From a virus: a stretch of 64,000 nucleotides of DNA. Below are positions 46,710 through 56,440 of this stretch, piece after piece (within the stretch, counting starts at the first letter, position 1; each line of letters opens with the position of its first letter). The stretch is taken from IMG/VR virus record IMGVR_UViG_3300022602_000001; one strand, written 5' to 3'. The position numbers were made by a program, and so were the translations under genes. Below the pieces are notes generated by a model. That model worked only from the letters and a program-made list of their open reading frames with translations. It had not been told where the DNA came from and ran no database searches.

Positions 46710-47807
46710 ATGCGCCCAAAAAAAAACGATCCATACGCAGGAACAGCAGAGTCAATAGGCAAGTTGGTTGACACAAGCCCCGAGCTGTTCTCGCCTCAGT
46801 CAAAAAAGGACAGGCTGGCAAACAAGAGCAAAATGAGCTCGGACGAGTTCAAGGAAGTTCTGAAGAGCACCTTCAAGCTGAAGGACAAGATACGGGTGAT
46901 TCCTCCAAAGTCGCCGGAAAACAGCAGCAGCAAATTCAGTGCATACGCCTTCGACTCTGATGAATTTGGCCCGGCAAAAATAATACTGAGCGCAGGAGAG
47001 GCAGGCAACAAGGGGAATGTCTACGAAGCGGACATGGTGGAGAGGCTGAGGATTGCAGTTGGGCCTGAGCCAAAGGAAGACCCAATAGCAGAAGAAGTGT
47101 TGAGATCCATAGGAGCAGAGGACACCAAATCCATGTCCCCAGACGACATTGAAGCGACTGGAAAGAGCGACACACGAAGGAAGCTGAGCTTTGACGGTCC
47201 GCAGTACGTGGGAGACAAAATATCAGACATGACAGTGACCTACCGCGGCCGTCCAAAGTACATATCGCTAAAAAATGTGCAGGGTCACGTAGTGTACAAT
47301 GGGGGCACTGTTCCCGGAATAGAGTACTTGGAGGAAAAAAACAAGGTGACACTGGACCAGGGACAGTATGGGTCTAGGCCTTTCACAAAGAGGGTGTTGG
47401 ACGCTCTCAACGTCGATCCAAATAGGATCGTACACGGCCTGAACAAGTACGTAACAGAGTCTGGGGAGGTGGGATCGTACGAGCCGCAGCTTGGAGTGGA
47501 CGTGGACTCAGTTCAAAAGCTATTGGGGTCTGCGGTGGGCTACGGGTACTACTACGTCAAGCAGACGAAGGAGGGAGGAGTCAGCGCGGTCGACCTAACA
47601 TCCAAGGAGTCCGTGGAGAAGTTCATCGGAAGCGTTGACGCCGTTAGCATAAAGTATCCAGACAAAAAGAGCAAGAGCACTGTTGTTAGGGTGGATCTAG
47701 TGCCTCCTTCTAAGGGGGCCCTTGCCGATTTTAAGAGTGCACTCATCGAGCTGAGAGACACCAGAGGGGGAGTTGCAAAACCAGAGATAAAAATCAAACT
47801 AATGTAG
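46710..47807 (+). CDS. Restriction-endonuclease-fold (PD-D/ExK-like) protein
   Basis: G..YE...ISD.....ISLK pattern. Confidence 0.55.
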   Translation: MRPKKNDPYAGTAESIGKLVDTSPELFSPQSKKDRLANKSKMSSDEFKEVLKSTFKLKDKIRVIPPKSPENSSSKFSAYAFDSDEFGPAKIILSAGEAGNKGNVYEADMVERLRIAVGPEPKEDPIAEEVLRSIGAEDTKSMSPDDIEATGKSDTRRKLSFDGPQYVGDKISDMTVTYRGRPKYISLKNVQGHVVYNGGTVPGIEYLEEKNKVTLDQGQYGSRPFTKRVLDALNVDPNRIVHGLNKYVTESGEVGSYEPQLGVDVDSVQKLLGSAVGYGYYYVKQTKEGGVSAVDLTSKESVEKFIGSVDAVSIKYPDKKSKSTVVRVDLVPPSKGALADFKSALIELRDTRGGVAKPEIKIKLM

Positions 47808-47872
47808 TTAGCACAAAAGATAAACTTTCAAAGTCATAATTAATTTGCTTATATTATGAATAAACAAATACA

Positions 47873-48109
47873 ATGTCAAAGACTTTGAACTACAGAACCA
47901 TAAAAACAACAACAGGAGACACAGTTCATCTGGCTGAAATTCCCGGAAGAAATCCTGTTCCCCACTCAATAAACGAGGCTGCTTGGGTTCACTCAGACGG
48001 AAAAAAAGAGTACTACATCTACGGCCTGAGGCACACAAAGGCCTCCTGGGATTCTGCAATCACCCACTACAAGAGGGCCAAAAAATCCCCCAAAAAAGAT
48101 TTTGAATAG
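47873..48109 (+). CDS. Small hypothetical protein (H...AA...DGK.EYY..G repeat type)
   Basis: 78 aa. Confidence 0.7.
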   Translation: MSKTLNYRTIKTTTGDTVHLAEIPGRNPVPHSINEAAWVHSDGKKEYYIYGLRHTKASWDSAITHYKRAKKSPKKDFE

Positions 48110-48113
48110 TTGC

Positions 48114-48121
48114 ATATTTAT
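48114..48121 (+). promoter_or_regulatory. ATATTTAT putative late promoter
   Basis: Upstream of the 48136/terminase operon. Confidence 0.55.
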
Positions 48122-48135
48122 AATAAAGAATTTTT

Positions 48136-48825
48136 ATGAAGAATATTGCAATTGTTGCGCTGTTGGCTGCAGTCATAGTTCTGCTGTTTCGCTACACATT
48201 TTCCCATCAAAGTAGCTTCGACACAAGGCCGTACAAAAAGGCCATAGACTCGCTGCAGGTGAAAATAGACTCTGTGAGCAGAGAAAACAAAGCCCTAACC
48301 GCAAAAGGATTCCAGCTCGAGGCAGGAAACTCCCAGCTTGAGTTCAAAATACAGGGCCTCAAGGGAACCATAAAGTCTCTAAAAAGCGACAGCTCAAAAA
48401 TAAAAGTGGTGTACGCGTACAGCCCAAACCAGCTGGACAGCTTCTTTTTATCTAAGTACAAAAAATTTTACAGCGAGCCCACAAAGGACACAACCAGGCT
48501 CCCCATTCCAGTATCAAAGGCGGTGGTGGTCGACCTTGAAAACTTTGACAGAGCAACTTCAGCCCTTGCAAAGACGGACAGCCTAGTGCAGCTTCAGTCC
48601 ACTCTGATACAGGGAAAGGACAGCGTCATAATCAACCTGAAAGCAGAGCAGGACAACTGCAATTTCATAGTTGCCTCTCAATCAAAGCAGCAGCAGGACT
48701 ACAAAGTTCAAATTGATGGGCTGAACAAGGACCTAAAAAAGTACAAGAGGTCAACAAGAATCCAAAGAATAAAAACAATCCTGCTGGGAGCAGCAGTAGC
48801 TGCCCTGCTGATTGCACACAAATAG
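48136..48825 (+). CDS. Membrane-anchored coiled-coil protein, possibly spanin-like
   Basis: Hydrophobic N- and C-termini with a coiled coil between. Confidence 0.5.
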   Translation: MKNIAIVALLAAVIVLLFRYTFSHQSSFDTRPYKKAIDSLQVKIDSVSRENKALTAKGFQLEAGNSQLEFKIQGLKGTIKSLKSDSSKIKVVYAYSPNQLDSFFLSKYKKFYSEPTKDTTRLPIPVSKAVVVDLENFDRATSALAKTDSLVQLQSTLIQGKDSVIINLKAEQDNCNFIVASQSKQQQDYKVQIDGLNKDLKKYKRSTRIQRIKTILLGAAVAALLIAHK

Positions 48826-48826
48826 C

Positions 48827-49423
48827 ATGGCTGCAGAGGGAATAAACATACAAGAAAAGATAAAGGAGGAGTACATAAAGTGCGCCTCCGATCCAGTGTA
48901 CTTCATGAAGAAGTACTACATGATCCAGCACCCGCAGAGGGGAAGACAGCTCTTTGACCTGTACCCGTTTCAAGAAAAAGTCCTGAGGCTGTTTCAAAAG
49001 TACCCCGACTCAATAATAAACAAGTCAAGGCAGCTGGGAATTTCCACCCTGGTTTCCGCATACTCCCTTTGGATGATGATGTTCCAAAAGGACAAGAACG
49101 TCCTGGTAATAGCCACAAAGCAGGACACGGCAAAGAACATGGTTACAAAGGTGAGGTTTGCCTACGACAATCTTCCGGACTGGATGAAGAAGATAGCAAA
49201 GTCCACCTCAAACAACCAACTGAGCCTCAGGCTGAGCAATGGATCCCAGATAAAGGCAGTTTCAGCGACTGGAGATGCGGGCCGCTCCGAGGCAGTTTCA
49301 CTGCTCGTCATGGACGAATGTGTGGCTGGAGAAACTGAGGTGACAATTAAAAATAAAATCACCGGGCAGGTGGAAAATGTGACTATGAACGATTTGAAAA
49401 AGAGATTGGCAGGTGAAGCATAA
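48827..49423 (+). CDS. terL: Large terminase N-terminal part + split intein N fragment
   Basis: LYPFQ, KSRQLGIST (Walker A), LLVMDE (Walker B), then CVAGET. Confidence 0.92.
   Translation: MAAEGINIQEKIKEEYIKCASDPVYFMKKYYMIQHPQRGRQLFDLYPFQEKVLRLFQKYPDSIINKSRQLGISTLVSAYSLWMMMFQKDKNVLVIATKQDTAKNMVTKVRFAYDNLPDWMKKIAKSTSNNQLSLRLSNGSQIKAVSATGDAGRSEAVSLLVMDECVAGETEVTIKNKITGQVENVTMNDLKKRLAGEA
49319..49420 (+). mobile_element. Split intein N fragment (34 aa)
   Basis: Block A CVAGETEVTI...MNDL, then TAA. Confidence 0.85.
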
Positions 49424-49436
49424 TAATTTATAATGT

Positions 49437-50387
49437 ATGAATGAAAAATCTTTGATTGAGAATATAAAAGATAATTTATTTATTAACAATAAATTAAATA
49501 AGCATGCGTGCAAAGAGCTTTTTTATCATAAAAATGATCTTTTGTGGTTGCTAGATGATATAAAAAAGAATACACATTTTTTAGATCAGTACAATCCAAT
49601 TTTAAGAGAGAGGATATACTACATACAATCTAACATAAACAACGTACAAAAATGCAAGTACTGTGGTGATAAAACAAAATACATAAAAACTGTAGTTAGA
49701 CTATCTGCTACGTGTAATAAAAAGGACTGTTTGAAAAAACAAAAGTCTAAAAAAATGTATAAAATATGGAACAGGGAGGATCGATCACACAGAAAATCTA
49801 AAATTTACAATGGCGAGTGTTTGGGCTGCAAAAATAAATTTACAACCAAGGACAAAGACAAAAAATACTGTTCACAGTCATGTTTTACAAAACACAACAA
49901 CAAAAAACAGTCAATAGAGACAATTTTAAAAAGAGTTGAATCAAATAAAAAAACAACAGGTACAGATGAGTACAAAATAAAAAGAAAAGAGAACAAAAAA
50001 ATAATAGCAGCCAATAAAGTAATATCTGAAAAAATTAAAAAAAGGATACTGGATGGAGAATTTACACCATGTATAACAAATTCTTGGACAAAGTGGAAGT
50101 CTTTTGTTAACATAGATGACAAGGTAAAAAAATTCAGGAGCAATTGGGAAGCTGCATTTTGGTTATTAAACAACGATGTTTCTTACGAAACCGTTAGAAT
50201 ACCTTACACTATTGAGAATGAACATCATACTTATATAGTAGACTTTGAGGATAAAAAAAATAAAATAATTTATGAAATTAAACCGGCCGCATTAAAAAAT
50301 AATCATATTAATGCTATAAAAATTGAAGCTGCAATTGATTGGTGCAATAAAACTGGATATAGATTAGTAGTCGTTGACGATGAGTAG
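49437..50387 (+). CDS. Free-standing putative homing endonuclease (Zn ribbons + TnsA-like PD-D/ExK), probably prematurely stopped
   Basis: CKYC..C...C, CLGC..YCS..C, FRSNWE, YE..RIPY, YIVDF, YEIKP; very AT-rich; frame continues to 50468. Confidence 0.75.
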   Translation: MNEKSLIENIKDNLFINNKLNKHACKELFYHKNDLLWLLDDIKKNTHFLDQYNPILRERIYYIQSNINNVQKCKYCGDKTKYIKTVVRLSATCNKKDCLKKQKSKKMYKIWNREDRSHRKSKIYNGECLGCKNKFTTKDKDKKYCSQSCFTKHNNKKQSIETILKRVESNKKTTGTDEYKIKRKENKKIIAANKVISEKIKKRILDGEFTPCITNSWTKWKSFVNIDDKVKKFRSNWEAAFWLLNNDVSYETVRIPYTIENEHHTYIVDFEDKKNKIIYEIKPAALKNNHINAIKIEAAIDWCNKTGYRLVVVDDE

Positions 50388-50458
50388 TTTAGAGGCAACG
50401 TAAATAAAATAGACTATGAAAAACATCCGCAATTACATAGGAGTATGAAACAATTTTT

Positions 50459-50779
50459 ATGCAAGTAAAAAACGACCTATATGAAATACTAACCCCAGAT
50501 GGATTTAGTGATTTTGACGGGCTACTTATTAAAACTACAGACATAGTTTTTTGCCTGGAGCTGTCTAACAACAAAACGTTAAAGTGCACTGAAGACCACT
50601 TGTTAAAATTTCCAAATGGAGAGTTTTTAGAGGCATGCCTATTGAGAGTAGGAGATGTTCTTTTTGAAGGAGTAGAGGTTTTATCTATAAACGTAGTAGA
50701 AGAGACAGTTGAAGTTTTTGATGCAACGCACGTAAAAAACGACAGTGAGTACTACACAAACGGCATCGTCAGTCACAAC
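50459..50779 (+). mobile_element. Split intein C fragment (107 aa)
   Basis: ILTPDGF..FDG, CTEDH (block B), VFD (block F), SHN followed by Cys+1. Confidence 0.88.
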
Positions 50780-51892
50780 TGCGCATTTATAGATAACATT
50801 GATACAATATATACTGCGGCAAAAATGACTTTGGCCACGGGTGGAGGGTGCATAGCACTGTCTACTCCAAACGGAATAGGAAACTGGTTCCACGCAACCT
50901 ATTCAAAGGCGCAAAAGCAGGAGAACAACTTTCTTCCAATATCCCTTCCATGGACAGTGCACCCGGAAAGGGACGCAGAGTGGAGGAAGCAGCAGGACGT
51001 GGACCTGGGAGTCAGAATGGCTGCCCAGGAGTGCGACTGCGACTTTGCAACGTCTGGAAACACAGTCATACAGCCGGAGGTTCTCACCTGGTACGAGGAG
51101 AACCACGTCAAAGAACCAATAAACAGAGAGGGGCTGGACAAGTCGCTTTGGGTGTGGGAGTATCCAAACCCCATGAGATACTACATGGTAGTGGCAGACG
51201 TTGCCAGAGGGGACGGAATGGACTACTCGGCCTACCATGTCATAGACGTGGACACCCTAACGCAGGTGGCAGAGTACAAATCTCAGATAGACACTAGGTA
51301 CTTTGCCAATGAGCTGGTGGCCATAGCCACAAAGTACAACAGGGCACTGCTTGTAATAGAGAATGCAAACATAGGGTGGGACGTGATACAGTCAGTGCTA
51401 GAGAGCGGGTACAACAACCTGCACTACAGCCACAGGGCTGACAATAGCGCGGACTTTCAGACGTACCTGTCCGTGCACAACGGAAACAACCTGCTGGTAC
51501 CGGGCTTCACAATGGCAACAAAAATAAGATTGAACGTAATAGAGAAGATGAGGGACTACGTGGAGAACAAGCATGTGGTGTTCAGGTCCATAAGGCTGCT
51601 CGACGAGCTCAAGGTGTTCATATGGAAGAACGGAAAGCAGCAGGCAATGCAGGGCTACAACGACGACCTTGTGATGTCGTTTGCAATTGGAATGTTCCTC
51701 AGGGAAACTTCCGTGAGGTACAAAAAGGCCGCAGACAGCCTAACAGTGTCGGTCATGAACAGCATAGGAAAGAGCCAGGCTGACATGGGATTCTACAACT
51801 CAAACAGCATGAACAAGGACAATCCTTGGAACATGAAGGTTTCAGCTCCAGGCGGAGACTACACTCAGGACCTCACCTGGTTGGTATCTTAG
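50459..51892 (+). CDS. terL: Split intein C fragment + large terminase C-terminal part (nuclease)
   Basis: ...SHN|CAFID, LSTPNG.GNWF, QE..CDF, ADVARGDG.DYS, IENAN.G, DDLVMS. Confidence 0.92.
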   Translation: MQVKNDLYEILTPDGFSDFDGLLIKTTDIVFCLELSNNKTLKCTEDHLLKFPNGEFLEACLLRVGDVLFEGVEVLSINVVEETVEVFDATHVKNDSEYYTNGIVSHNCAFIDNIDTIYTAAKMTLATGGGCIALSTPNGIGNWFHATYSKAQKQENNFLPISLPWTVHPERDAEWRKQQDVDLGVRMAAQECDCDFATSGNTVIQPEVLTWYEENHVKEPINREGLDKSLWVWEYPNPMRYYMVVADVARGDGMDYSAYHVIDVDTLTQVAEYKSQIDTRYFANELVAIATKYNRALLVIENANIGWDVIQSVLESGYNNLHYSHRADNSADFQTYLSVHNGNNLLVPGFTMATKIRLNVIEKMRDYVENKHVVFRSIRLLDELKVFIWKNGKQQAMQGYNDDLVMSFAIGMFLRETSVRYKKAADSLTVSVMNSIGKSQADMGFYNSNSMNKDNPWNMKVSAPGGDYTQDLTWLVS

Positions 51893-51906
51893 ACTAAAAA
51901 TTAATT

Positions 51907-54900
51907 ATGGCAGACGCACAAGTAAGAAAAGACAACATCTTTGCCTCATTGAGGAGGCTGTTCTCGACCGACGTGATAATAAGAAACACGGGGTCCAAGG
52001 GGATGGGAGGGCTAGTTGTCATGGACCCAGACAACATACAAGCAAACGGAGTAATACAGACAAACTCTCTGATAGACAGGTTCCACAAGGTGTACACAAC
52101 CTCAACGGCCTACGGAGTGAATCTGAACCTTGCACAGAACTACCAGTCTGCAAGGGTGCAGATCTATGCGGACTACGATGCAATGGACACGGACGCCATA
52201 ATATCCTCCGCTTTGGACATAATAGCGGACGAATGCTTAGGCGGAGAAACTGTCATACCTCTGTTGGATGGAAGCAAAAAGACAATAAAATCCCTGTACG
52301 AGGAAGGGGCCACTGATTTTTGGTTGTATGGACTGGGCGAAAATCAATCGTTTGTTCCTGTAAAAGCGCAAAAAATAGCTTACAACGGAAAAAAGCTGGT
52401 CTACAAAATAACTCTCGACGACGGAACAGAAATAAAAGCCACAAGCAATCACGTGTGGATCGATCCATTTGGAAAGCAGGTTATCACCGAGCAGCTAAAA
52501 ATTGGAAGCAGCATACTTGCTTTGCCTACTAAAGTATCTGATAGCAGTAAAATGTATGGATACGAAAAAATATGGAATGGCAAAACTTTTGAATATACAC
52601 ATCGTATAGTAGCAAATTACGATCCGCTATTAAAAGAACAAAAAAGATCTTTGAATGAAAATGAAACAAAGATAATTCACCACTCTTCTTTTAATAAAAG
52701 AAATAATAGTCCAGAGTATCTCCAGTGGGTAAATTGGACTGATCACAATAGAATACATGCCAAATACAATAAGCAGCTGTGGAATACCATAAATAAAAAC
52801 AGTGAGTTAAAAGATTACTACTACAATAGACTGATAGAAGGGCAAAAGAAATTTTGGGAAAATGTAAATAGAGAAGAGTTAAGTGAAAAAAAATCTTTGG
52901 CTATTAAAAATTACTTAAACAGTATAACTTCCGAAAAAAGAAAAGAAGTGTACGGAAAAAGTGGGAATAAAAATGGAATGTATGGAAACGGTGAAAAGCT
53001 ATTAAAAGAAAAAAATGGAAGATACTACAAAAATGCTGTGAGAAAAGAGGATGTATCTTTACAATACATAATAACAAAAATAAAAAATAATCCACATAAA
53101 AATATACTAAAAGAGATTCAAAATGAGCTAGGGATTATCAAATATGAGTGGAGAAAAATAATTAGAATTTTATTTAAGCAGTACAATTGCAATCATACAA
53201 AAGTACTAATAAATAAAATATTAATTGAGGATGCAGCTGATATAATAACATTGTTTAGACAATACTGCAATGACACTTATAAAGAAAATAAACGACTACT
53301 TGTAAAAGATTTTTGTGAAAAAAATAATGTGTCAGACGACATACTGAGAAGAATTGTATGTAATACTGGGTATTCTACTTTGACAGATTTTGCTAAATCA
53401 ACTAACCACAAAGTAATAAGCATTGAAGAGTGTGGATACGAGGACGTGTACGACGTTGTCAATGCAGGAAACAATCACATATTTGCAATAGAAACAAAGG
53501 ATGGATCAAAATTGTACACTCACAACTGCACTTTAAAAGATGAGTACGGCACTCTACTTCACATAACTTCAGCAGACGAAAACATACAAAACCTGCTTGA
53601 ACAGCTGTTTTACTCCGTCCTTAACATAGAGTTCAATCTGTGGGGGTGGATAAGGAACATGTGTAAATATGGGGATTTCTACCTAAAAATGGAAATTTCC
53701 GAAAACTTTGGAGTCTACAACGTGGTTCCTTTTTCGTCTTACAACATAGTCAGGCAGGAGGGATTCAATCCCCACAATCCAAACGAGGTGAGGTTCAAAT
53801 TTGATCCCAATGCAGCACTGGGATCCACCACAGGATACACATCCGCTTACAACAATCAGGACCCAGGAATATGGTTTGACAACTACGAGATGGCTCACTT
53901 TAGGTTCACAGGAGACGTGAACTATCTCCCCTACGGAAAGTCCTACCTTGAAAATGCAAGAAAGCTATTCAAGCAGTACACCCTGATTGAGGATGCAATG
54001 CTGATACACAGGATAGTGAGGGCCCCGGACAAGAGGGCTTACTACGTTAACGTGGGAGCAATCCCACCGGCTGAGGTGGAGAACTACGTCCAGAGGATGA
54101 TGAACAAGATGAAAAAGACCCCTCTGGTGGATCCTTCAACCGGACAGTACAACATGATGTACAATGTGCAGAACATGCTGGAGGACTACTTCATACCCTT
54201 CAGAGGGTCTGGAGACACGACGAGGATAGACACAATACCAGGACTTACCTACAATGGGATAGAGGACGTTCAGTACTTTAGAGAGAAAATTTTTGCAGCG
54301 CTGAAGATACCAAAGGCCTTCATGGGGTACGAAAAAGATTTGTGTATAGTCCCAGAAACAAAAATACCTCTGCTGAATGGAGAAGTAAAGACAGTCGCAG
54401 AGTTGATAGAAGATTTTGAAAATGGAGTAGACAACTACACGTATTCCATAGATGAAAAAACAAACAACATAGTTCCTGGAAAAATACTTTGGGCGGGATA
54501 CACCAGGAAGAATGCAGACTTGGTTAGGGTTTGGTTGGACAATGATAAATTTGTGGATTGCACTCCAGACCACAATTTTATGACAAGAAATGGCCAGTGG
54601 ATAGAGGCTCAAAACTTAAAAGAAGGACAGTCTCTAATGCCGAAAGATATAATTGAGTTGATCGAAGTTGGCAGAGTGGAATCTCTTGACTACAAAAAAG
54701 ATACATGTGACCTTCACATAGAAGACCATCACAATTTTGCTGTGGATTCAGGCGTAATAATTCACAACTCAGGAAAAGCAACTCTTGCCGCAGAGGACAT
54801 AAGGTTTGCAAGAACCATAGAAAGAATACAGAGGATTGTAATATCCGAGCTTAAAAAGATAGCATTAGTGCACCTCTACGCAAACGGGTACGAGGACGAG

Positions 54901-55557
54901 TCAGTCGCAAACTTCCAGCTGAGTCTGACCGGCCCTTCAATAATATACGAGCAGGAGAGGCTATCAATGTTAAAAGAGAAAGTCGATCTGATCAACCAGG
55001 CTTCTGAGGCGGCAACCCTTCCAAGGGACTACATATGGAAGAACGTGTTCCACATATCTGAGGACGAGTTCAACGAGATGGAGGACATGATAATAGAGGA
55101 CCAAAAGAGGAAGTTCAGGTACAAGCAGATACAGGAGGAAGGAAACGATCCTGCTGAAACCGGCCAAGCATTTGGTACTCCTCACCAGCTTGCAAGTCTG
55201 TACGGAGGGAAGGGAGACGGCCATCTGAAAGTTCCGTCTGGATACGACGAGCTGGATCCAAACAGGCCAACAAAGATACCAGGCAGGCCTCAAAAGTACA
55301 AGTCAACTTACGGCACGGACGACTCTCCATTTGGAAGGGACAGGCTTGGATCCTACGATCTGAAGTCGAATGCAGAGACTGGGGAGGACAGCTTCAAGCC
55401 AAAATTCAAGGGAGGACCGCTGAACTTGGAGAGCACGGCCGGCACAAGGGCAATATTCTCGCAGTACCAAAAGCAGCTGCAGAAGGCGTTCCCAAAGAGG
55501 AAGACCAGCCTATTTGAGTCGTCCACCCTGGATGAAAACAACATACTGGAAGACTGA
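51907..55557 (+). CDS. Portal protein (T4 gp20-like) with two inteins
   Basis: ALDIIADE, KYGDFY, EDAMLIHRI.RAP..R..Y..VG..P, EDYFIP, LKIPK..M; 643 aa after splicing. Confidence 0.93.
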   Translation: MADAQVRKDNIFASLRRLFSTDVIIRNTGSKGMGGLVVMDPDNIQANGVIQTNSLIDRFHKVYTTSTAYGVNLNLAQNYQSARVQIYADYDAMDTDAIISSALDIIADECLGGETVIPLLDGSKKTIKSLYEEGATDFWLYGLGENQSFVPVKAQKIAYNGKKLVYKITLDDGTEIKATSNHVWIDPFGKQVITEQLKIGSSILALPTKVSDSSKMYGYEKIWNGKTFEYTHRIVANYDPLLKEQKRSLNENETKIIHHSSFNKRNNSPEYLQWVNWTDHNRIHAKYNKQLWNTINKNSELKDYYYNRLIEGQKKFWENVNREELSEKKSLAIKNYLNSITSEKRKEVYGKSGNKNGMYGNGEKLLKEKNGRYYKNAVRKEDVSLQYIITKIKNNPHKNILKEIQNELGIIKYEWRKIIRILFKQYNCNHTKVLINKILIEDAADIITLFRQYCNDTYKENKRLLVKDFCEKNNVSDDILRRIVCNTGYSTLTDFAKSTNHKVISIEECGYEDVYDVVNAGNNHIFAIETKDGSKLYTHNCTLKDEYGTLLHITSADENIQNLLEQLFYSVLNIEFNLWGWIRNMCKYGDFYLKMEISENFGVYNVVPFSSYNIVRQEGFNPHNPNEVRFKFDPNAALGSTTGYTSAYNNQDPGIWFDNYEMAHFRFTGDVNYLPYGKSYLENARKLFKQYTLIEDAMLIHRIVRAPDKRAYYVNVGAIPPAEVENYVQRMMNKMKKTPLVDPSTGQYNMMYNVQNMLEDYFIPFRGSGDTTRIDTIPGLTYNGIEDVQYFREKIFAALKIPKAFMGYEKDLCIVPETKIPLLNGEVKTVAELIEDFENGVDNYTYSIDEKTNNIVPGKILWAGYTRKNADLVRVWLDNDKFVDCTPDHNFMTRNGQWIEAQNLKEGQSLMPKDIIELIEVGRVESLDYKKDTCDLHIEDHHNFAVDSGVIIHNSGKATLAAEDIRFARTIERIQRIVISELKKIALVHLYANGYEDESVANFQLSLTGPSIIYEQERLSMLKEKVDLINQASEAATLPRDYIWKNVFHISEDEFNEMEDMIIEDQKRKFRYKQIQEEGNDPAETGQAFGTPHQLASLYGGKGDGHLKVPSGYDELDPNRPTKIPGRPQKYKSTYGTDDSPFGRDRLGSYDLKSNAETGEDSFKPKFKGGPLNLESTAGTRAIFSQYQKQLQKAFPKRKTSLFESSTLDENNILED
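52234..53526 (+). mobile_element. Portal intein 1 (431 aa) with HNH endonuclease
   Basis: CLGGET...ATSNH...THRIVA..IIHH...NK.NN...L...VYD...THN|C; AT-rich. Confidence 0.9.
54343..54768 (+). mobile_element. Portal intein 2 (142-aa mini-intein)
   Basis: CIVPET...CTPDH...TCDL...IHN|S. Confidence 0.9.
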
Positions 55558-55560
55558 TGC

Positions 55561-55568
55561 ATATTTAT
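55561..55568 (+). promoter_or_regulatory. ATATTTAT putative late promoter
   Basis: Upstream of ATG 55589. Confidence 0.55.
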
Positions 55569-55588
55569 TATCAGTATCAAAAGACACT

Positions 55589-56440
55589 ATGGGAATAAAG
55601 CATAGCAAATATAGAAACACCGGCATTTTGTTTGAACTGTTGGTGAGGCAGACCACTGCCGATCTTCTGGAAAACAGGGACTCAAAGGCGGTAAAAATAC
55701 TAAAAAAGTACTTCACCAACACGGACCTTGGAAGAGAGTACAACCTGTACAACACTCTGGTGAGCAGCAAAAAGCTGACCGAGTCGAAGGCCGAGATGCT
55801 GATATCCACAGTGGTCGACCAGTACAAAAAAATAGACTACGAGAGCACAAACAGGCTTAAGTATAATCTGATAAGGGAGATCAAAAATTCCTACAACCTG
55901 GACGACTTTTTCAAGGCAAAGATAGATAACTACAAGTCGTACGCCTCAATATACACAATATTCGAGTCCCAACACTCAAACAGCAGCGACACAAAGCAAA
56001 TAGTTGCCAACAAAATAACCCTGCTTGAAAAAATAAGCAAAGACGACATAAAGAACAAGGCTGCATCCGTTGCTCTTGTGGAGGAGCTGATGAAGGAGGA
56101 CAAGGAAATCAGGCTGATGACCTACAAGATACTGGTTGAAAAGTTCAACGACAAGTATGGAACTCTGTCTGCCAAGCAGAAAGGCCTTTTGAAGGAGTAC
56201 ATATCCAGCATATCAGACACTCAAACCCTTAAGCAGTCGCTGAACAAGAGGCTGGTGTCAATAAAAAATGAGCTGACAGCTCTATCAAAAACTGTTGAGA
56301 GCCCAGTGATAGCAATAAAATTAAACGAGGTGGTCAAGCTGATAGCTCCAATAAAGGACAGCATAGGAGTAAAGGACGATGTCCTGTCTGGAATGCTTCA
56401 GTACTACGACTTGATAGACGAACTAAAATCAGCTAAGTGA
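55589..56440 (+). CDS. Conserved head-module protein
   Basis: KHSKY.NTG.LFELL.RQ start; directly after the portal gene. Confidence 0.8.
   Translation: MGIKHSKYRNTGILFELLVRQTTADLLENRDSKAVKILKKYFTNTDLGREYNLYNTLVSSKKLTESKAEMLISTVVDQYKKIDYESTNRLKYNLIREIKNSYNLDDFFKAKIDNYKSYASIYTIFESQHSNSSDTKQIVANKITLLEKISKDDIKNKAASVALVEELMKEDKEIRLMTYKILVEKFNDKYGTLSAKQKGLLKEYISSISDTQTLKQSLNKRLVSIKNELTALSKTVESPVIAIKLNEVVKLIAPIKDSIGVKDDVLSGMLQYYDLIDELKSAK

Noticed and set aside
68-50387. TAG reassignment to Gln, suggested by TAG replacing CAG at 5-7 and 128-130 and by the TAG at 50385
   Set aside because: Long core genes are intact in code 11, and TAG forms clean stop-start junctions at 12044/12045, 34547/34549 and 48825/48827.
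49421-50458. Group I intron or assembly frameshift splitting TerL
   Set aside because: Only 13 nt precede the endonuclease ORF and at most 71 nt follow it, leaving no obvious room for a ribozyme core. Both intein halves have proper termini and their own stop and start.
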